Shown here piece after piece: positions 27,133 to 32,000 of a stretch of DNA of 32,000 bases; the first letter of the stretch is position 1; the number at the start of each line of letters is the position of its first letter. The DNA comes from Candidatus Hermodarchaeota archaeon. GTDB lineage: Archaea > Asgardarchaeota > Heimdallarchaeia > Hodarchaeales > Hodarchaeaceae. The translations under genes and the position numbers were made by a program. The notes below the pieces were generated by a model. It searched no databases. It saw only the letters and a list, made by a program, of their open reading frames with translations, and was not told where the DNA came from. The stretch covers positions 1 to 32,000 of the forward strand of contig JBHLKY010000002.1 of the NCBI GenBank assembly GCA_048886185.1, written 5' to 3'.

Positions 27133-28200
27133 TTAGATGATTTTCTGGACCTCATCCAGAACTTCATTCACATCCATTGGTTGAAATCCTTTTTTAAAAT
27201 TGTTCTTAGAGAGATTATACACAGTTTTATTATAGGGAGCACTAACTTTATGTTTCTCAGCCAATTTCACAATATATCCATTAAGTGATTCTAACTCAGA
27301 CACACCAAGATCCCTCTGTATGATATCCTGTGTCATTGAGGATATTTTCATCTTAGACATGTTCTCTTTGAATTGTTTTTGAGTTGCTGATAAAGGTAAT
27401 TTGATTGTTGCTTCTAGGGAAGACCAAGAGGTGAAACCAGGAAGCTTATATTCGTTAAAGCCTGCTGCTTTAAGGATTTGTACCGCTTCCCAAATAGTAT
27501 TAGTAATCAAAATTTGGAAGGCACTGTAATCAGATATGGGGAGAATTCCATATCCAATAAGAGTAGATAAGGCATTTACAACATTCAATGCGATTTTATT
27601 ATGCACTGCATCCTGTAATTTATCTATAATTATCGTCTCAAGGGCTTGATTAAAGATCCTCTTTATTGATCTCATCTCGTCCAGTAATGTATTATTTGGT
27701 GTTCCCAACAAAAGTGGGCCTCTTTTCTGGGATCCTACTATTAACTTATTCTCTCTATCAATATAGTCCATATCTCTCCATGCATTATATAACACAACAG
27801 AGTAGATGACTTTTGAAAAAAACTGAGGGAGAATTTCTTGATTAAAACTACCATTTGCTAGAGAGACAATGATTGGTTTATCATCACATTGAGACTTAAT
27901 CTGTTCTGCTACATCCATAAGACTGTAGTTTTTTACTCCTAGAGCAATAACATCATTCTCTGAAATGTCTTCAAGATTTTCAAGAATTTGTATTGGATGA
28001 ATAGTTGAGATTGTTTTCTCTTTAAGTGATACATCGATACTGTCATATAAGTAATGAGTAATCCCATTTGCTTTGAGGGCTGCTTTGGTTTTTTCTCGTG
28101 CTAAAAAATAGGTTTTATCATAAATTTCAGCGACCCATGCGCCTAATGAGGCCCCTATTGCTCCAACACCAAAAAAAATAATTTTGTTAACATCTAGCAT
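27133..28200 (-). CDS. panE: 2-dehydropantoate 2-reductase (PanE/ApbA) family protein
   Basis: IFFGVGAIG Rossmann motif, ALGVKNY, SLANG, NKIALN (catalytic Lys), SSMTQD...SELESLNGYIV (catalytic Glu). Confidence 0.85.
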   Translation of the reverse strand: MLDVNKIIFFGVGAIGASLGAWVAEIYDKTYFLAREKTKAALKANGITHYLYDSIDVSLKEKTISTIHPIQILENLEDISENDVIALGVKNYSLMDVAEQIKSQCDDKPIIVSLANGSFNQEILPQFFSKVIYSVVLYNAWRDMDYIDRENKLIVGSQKRGPLLLGTPNNTLLDEMRSIKRIFNQALETIIIDKLQDAVHNKIALNVVNALSTLIGYGILPISDYSAFQILITNTIWEAVQILKAAGFNEYKLPGFTSWSSLEATIKLPLSATQKQFKENMSKMKISSMTQDIIQRDLGVSELESLNGYIVKLAEKHKVSAPYNKTVYNLSKNNFKKGFQPMDVNEVLDEVQKII

Positions 28201-28277
28201 GAGTTAATGAGTATTTTTTCTTCTGATTTAAGATTATCCCCTGATGTGGATAAATCCAGTTTTGAATGTGCCACGAA

Positions 28278-30194
28278 TCAATGAGAATCAGATAAATTGA
28301 AGTTATACAACGGTTTGTCAATAACTCGTTTGACTAACTTAGGAATATCCTGTTCTTCTGTAAGAAAAAATATCCAAATATCTGGGTGATGAAGAATGTC
28401 ACATCGAAAGTCAAAGGATAATGTAGCTAGACTCTGAGGGAAGATAATAAGGTGAACTTGAGAAAATTCTTTGAATAATGAATTAATTAGTTGATGCGGC
28501 TTTTCAGAGAAATAATACGCAATAGTTTCAGGTACTAGAATTAAGAAACAAATTTTTTGATCAAGAATGAAACCAGGGAAATTATAATCATCAGTAACAT
28601 GAATAGAATATTCTTTTTTAGAAAATAGGTAAGGAAATCCAAGTTCAAAGAGGGAGGAATTAAAGGTCAGGATATTCTTTAAGGTTCCTGACTCATTTGT
28701 ATCGTTCGTTCCTGTTTCCAACCCTATTTCAGATTCACTCTCTTTAATTTCTACTAAGCTTTGATTAAGAGCATGAAAATTTGAATTTCTTACTTGAGGC
28801 TGTGATCCCAGTCTTTTAAGATAAAAAAATCTCGCCTCTTCATTTGTTTGCTTCGCAACTAGAAAAACTTTAGGAATATCTACATTTAAATTGTTAAGAG
28901 TATCAACAATATCTGCATTAACATCATACGCGACAATGATTGCTGCTTTCCGAGCGATGATCTCATTAACAGTATTGGTTATACAGATGCGAACTTTATT
29001 TTCAGTAAAGGGAAGAAGAACTCGTTCTAGGCCGATCTCTGTAAAAGAGCTAAGAGGATCATTTAATTGGATGACTGAATGATTGTGTAATTTTAAATAT
29101 TCTTTCAAAAATCTGGCATTGTGATAATTGTGACTGACAATAGATATCCTAGAATTATATTGAGAGATTAGTTTTAAAACCATTTGAATTTTTGGATGCT
29201 GGAGGCTCTTCTGAATAGATATGAAATCCCGTATTTTTCTAATTTTAACATCAGCAAGGAACTCCACAATAGCTAGTTTTCCTTGAAAATTGTTTTCATC
29301 TTCAAGTCGAGATTCAAGATTATTAAAATATGTGTAAACAGCTGGGAATCCTTGAGATACAACGATTTTTTGCAAGTTCATAATTCTCAGTAGATTACTA
29401 ATGCGAATAAGCATTTTTGGATTATTTTCTTTTTTTAGGCTTTCATGAATTGCATTAATCTCATTGTATTTGCTTTTAGATGAAATATCATAACCTTGTT
29501 TATTTATCTCTTCCAATTCATGCATTTTGATTTGATCTAAGATTTCAAGCATGAAAAAGTATTCTTGAGGTAAAGGAAGGGAATAATGTTGAATATTTGA
29601 TTTTTCGTGCTTATTAAATGATTCCTCTAGTGGAATTACTTTATTTAGCTTAAGATTGATACAAACCTGCTTCAAACGTCCCGAATCAGTCATTTGGGTA
29701 AGTCCAATGATGCGACATTTGGTTAATTTATTCACGATGTATCTAAGTAAGCTGGAAGATGATCCTAGTTCTGCTTGATGGACTATTATTAAAGAAAAAT
29801 GGTTAGGTGGGAAAAAATTATCTATCAAATCGTTTTTTATTATCTTTGGAGTCGAAAAAATAACTGAATAACTATTGTAATCATGTCTTCTGGCATTGGG
29901 AAGAATAGATCCATTGAGAATGGTCGTACGCTGTGATAAATGAGTTTTTAGTGAAGATTGAAACTTTAATTGATTATTTCTTTTCGCTAAAATCAGAATC
30001 CTAGGATTTCGATCATTTGATACTTGATTAAGATAAAAAAGAATTAAGAGAGCATGAATACGAATAGAGGCTTCCTCTGTGGAATATACTACTAATACAT
30101 TGTTGTTCTGAATTTGAGGAAGAAGAAGTTGTTCCTGTAAAGAAGGCTCAAATTTGAGCTTTTCAGAATGAGGACATACTTCTGTTGATGTCAC
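28278..30194 (-). CDS. Hef/FANCM/XPF-like protein with degenerate SF2 helicase and degenerate ERCC4-like domains
   Basis: Hef-like landmarks EPSLQEQ, NVLVV, IFSTPKIIKNDL, RIIGLT, QHPKI, VAKQTNEEARFF are present, but Walker A reads YSTEEASI, DEAH reads HQAE, and no QRxGRxGR or ERK motif is found. Confidence 0.8.
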   Translation of the reverse strand: MTSTEVCPHSEKLKFEPSLQEQLLLPQIQNNNVLVVYSTEEASIRIHALLILFYLNQVSNDRNPRILILAKRNNQLKFQSSLKTHLSQRTTILNGSILPNARRHDYNSYSVIFSTPKIIKNDLIDNFFPPNHFSLIIVHQAELGSSSSLLRYIVNKLTKCRIIGLTQMTDSGRLKQVCINLKLNKVIPLEESFNKHEKSNIQHYSLPLPQEYFFMLEILDQIKMHELEEINKQGYDISSKSKYNEINAIHESLKKENNPKMLIRISNLLRIMNLQKIVVSQGFPAVYTYFNNLESRLEDENNFQGKLAIVEFLADVKIRKIRDFISIQKSLQHPKIQMVLKLISQYNSRISIVSHNYHNARFLKEYLKLHNHSVIQLNDPLSSFTEIGLERVLLPFTENKVRICITNTVNEIIARKAAIIVAYDVNADIVDTLNNLNVDIPKVFLVAKQTNEEARFFYLKRLGSQPQVRNSNFHALNQSLVEIKESESEIGLETGTNDTNESGTLKNILTFNSSLFELGFPYLFSKKEYSIHVTDDYNFPGFILDQKICFLILVPETIAYYFSEKPHQLINSLFKEFSQVHLIIFPQSLATLSFDFRCDILHHPDIWIFFLTEEQDIPKLVKRVIDKPLYNFNLSDSH

Positions 30195-30238
30195 ATTAAT
30201 TCCTATCCTCTTAACTCTTGATCATCATGTTGATTCAT

Positions 30239-30559
30239 TTAATCATTCGTAATTTCATGATCATCGGAATTTTCCCAATGAGAAGAGACATCTAATGTGA
30301 TTAATGCTCGAATCCAATTACGGTGGGCTGAACAGCTCACAACTTGAGAGTTTTTAACTACTAAATGTACAGGAAGGCGTCTATTTAATAGGAGTGAACA
30401 AATACAGCCAAATATACTTGCATACTCACAAATTTGACACAGTGGACTATTTAAAACCACTTCATCAAGAAAAGGAGAAACAAGGATTTCAGGATTATTT
30501 GCCAATATCAACTCACCAAGAATTACTTGTCTATTTCTGTCTATGATTTCTTGATACAA
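30239..30559 (-). CDS. Small Cys-rich hypothetical protein, possibly Zn-binding
   Basis: 106 aa, TTG start; CQIC...CIC...CSAH; co-oriented 44 nt upstream of the Hef-like gene. Confidence 0.5.
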   Translation of the reverse strand: MYQEIIDRNRQVILGELILANNPEILVSPFLDEVVLNSPLCQICEYASIFGCICSLLLNRRLPVHLVVKNSQVVSCSAHRNWIRALITLDVSSHWENSDDHEITND

Positions 30560-30564
30560 TTTAA

Positions 30565-30795
30565 AAATCCAAAAAGCAGTATGAATCCTCTTCTATAGCT
30601 GATGAACAAATTACAAAGAAAGAAATTTCTAGCAAAACATTCTAGCAAATAACTATTAGGGATTATATAGCAAAAATACAACGCGAAATCCATTTAGATT
30701 TACCTCAAGAAAGAAATAAAACATTAATAGAGGCTTATGAGGCCTTCCCAGACCATCCCGAGTTAAAACTCCTCATACAAGAACAAGATCAATAA
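30565..30795 (+). pseudogene. Possible gene remnant
   Basis: Protein-like frame YESSSIADEQITKKEISSKTF*QITIRDYIAKIQREIHLDLPQERNKTLIEAYEAFPDHPELKLLIQEQDQ* with TAG at 30643 and no start codon. Confidence 0.25.
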
Positions 30796-30872
30796 CTGGG
30801 CTAATTTTATTGAGGAACTTTAGAAGTAAATTCATTTTGATTATATATAATTTCAATTCTAATTAAATATGA

Positions 30873-31397
30873 ATGGTAATGTTAACTGAAATAGAATTAA
30901 TTAATCATCTAGAGGATGTTTTAGTTGACAAGCTTCAGTTTCAAACTTATCCAGAGCTGACTGTCACCTCACAACATTTAGATCTTCAAAAATTGATTAA
31001 TCAAGATCAGTTCAGGATAGATTTAGCTGCAATCAACCGAATCGATAGTTCGATTCACTTTTTTGAAGCAGAAACACAGCTCCACATCAAACATCCTGCT
31101 TTGTACCGAATTTTTTGCGATTACTGTTATCTAATTTGTCCAGAAGAACAATTTGATTTATTGGATTCGGTGACGAAAAGACAACAGCTATCTTGGGCTG
31201 ATGAGATAGGAATAGGAATCTTAACGATTTCAGAGAAAGGATCACTAAGAGGACGACTTCGTTCAAAACAACAACTATTGAAACCAGAGATACGAAAAGA
31301 AGTGCTACATGTGATGAATAAGCGTTACCGTATACGTTTTGTAACTCAACCATTATGGGAACGATCTCATAAAAACCAGTCCAATGTAGAGGTATAA
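30873..31397 (+). CDS. PD-(D/E)XK (restriction endonuclease-like) fold protein
   Basis: N-terminal helix Glu (TEIEL), RIDLAA...IHFFEAE, then CDYCYLICP and GIGILTI strands typical of MmcB-like or solo archaeal nucleases. Confidence 0.65.
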   Translation: MVMLTEIELINHLEDVLVDKLQFQTYPELTVTSQHLDLQKLINQDQFRIDLAAINRIDSSIHFFEAETQLHIKHPALYRIFCDYCYLICPEEQFDLLDSVTKRQQLSWADEIGIGILTISEKGSLRGRLRSKQQLLKPEIRKEVLHVMNKRYRIRFVTQPLWERSHKNQSNVEV

Positions 31398-31401
31398 TAG
31401 A

Positions 31402-31908
31402 ATGCCACAATCTACTAAAACTAAAGTGTGCTCAGAAACAGATAATAGGAAGGCAGAGATTTTTAACCATATTGATGATCTGATCACCAGAGGATTTTGG
31501 GATAAAGCATTAGATGATTTACAATATCTTTTCCGAAATGCACCTAGTTTACGCAGTCAAGTTCATCTAAAACTCGCTTGGCTTTATTATGAAATGAAAA
31601 ATTTTTATCAAGCATTAGCTCACCTTCAAACCATGATACCGTCGAGAGAAGTATATATTAATCGAATGATAATTGATTGTCTCCTAAAAATAGATAAGAA
31701 AGATGTTGCCATCTTTCATCTTGCGAGAACTCCTCTTAAACTTCCTGAGAAGCGAAATTTATTCTTCCTTATATTTCCAGAATTGCAGGAAAGTTTTAAT
31801 GTAAAAAGATCAGACCATTGGTCATCACAAATTAACATTCGTTGTCCCAGGTGTACACAATTTCTTTTCTTTACTCAAAAGAGGTTGAAATGTTTATTCT
31901 GTGAATAA
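31402..31908 (+). CDS. TPR-like protein with C-terminal zinc ribbon
   Basis: Helical repeats (HLKLAWLYYEMKNFYQALAHL) and CPRC-x12-CLFC at the C-terminus; 4 nt downstream of the nuclease gene. Confidence 0.7.
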   Translation: MPQSTKTKVCSETDNRKAEIFNHIDDLITRGFWDKALDDLQYLFRNAPSLRSQVHLKLAWLYYEMKNFYQALAHLQTMIPSREVYINRMIIDCLLKIDKKDVAIFHLARTPLKLPEKRNLFFLIFPELQESFNVKRSDHWSSQINIRCPRCTQFLFFTQKRLKCLFCE

Positions 31909-32000
31909 AACTAAGCTCATACATACTTTACAGATTATTTTAGGGGATTTTTTGATGAAACTGTCTAATCTTGGCTATTTTAGCTTCTTTAGGAAGGGTT

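Noticed and set aside
25020-31410. Nested ORFs 25020-25235, 28891-29082 and 31087-31410
   Set aside because: Antisense to pepF, the Hef-like gene and the nuclease-like gene respectively.
1-32000. Mobile element, prophage or defence island interpretation
   Set aside because: No integrase, transposase, terminal inverted repeats or phage structural genes recognised; housekeeping genes are interspersed throughout.

Overview
AT-rich archaeal chromosomal window (roughly one-third GC by eye). GGTGA/GAGG Shine-Dalgarno sites, frequent TTG/GTG starts, radA, a PGF-type C-terminal sorting signal and large Ig-repeat surface proteins suggest an Asgard archaeon, probably Heimdallarchaeia/Hodarchaeales-like (inference). 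Housekeeping genes: tmk, parvulin ppiC, pepF, a panE-family reductase and a TlpA-like thioredoxin. Envelope genes: a six-repeat PGF-CTERM protein, a 1601-aa Ig-like protein and a 1019-aa GT-C glycosyltransferase. There is one clear aldo/keto-reductase pseudogene. The window is rich in DNA recombination/repair genes, several with degenerate active sites: RadA, a RadB/Rad51-paralog plus a small putative RecA-fold partner, a Rad3/XPD helicase, a Hef/FANCM-like protein lacking helicase and nuclease motifs, a Cas4/AddB-like protein lacking its catalytic motif, and GIY-YIG and PD-(D/E)XK nucleases. The best candidate for an undescribed system is a tightly packed five-gene minus-strand operon (giant surface protein, YdjM-like membrane hydrolase with a probable CTG start, membrane-anchored protein, two RecA-fold paralogs) set head-to-head with radA across 136 bp containing a palindrome. 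No rRNA, tRNA, CRISPR array or transposase was recognised.
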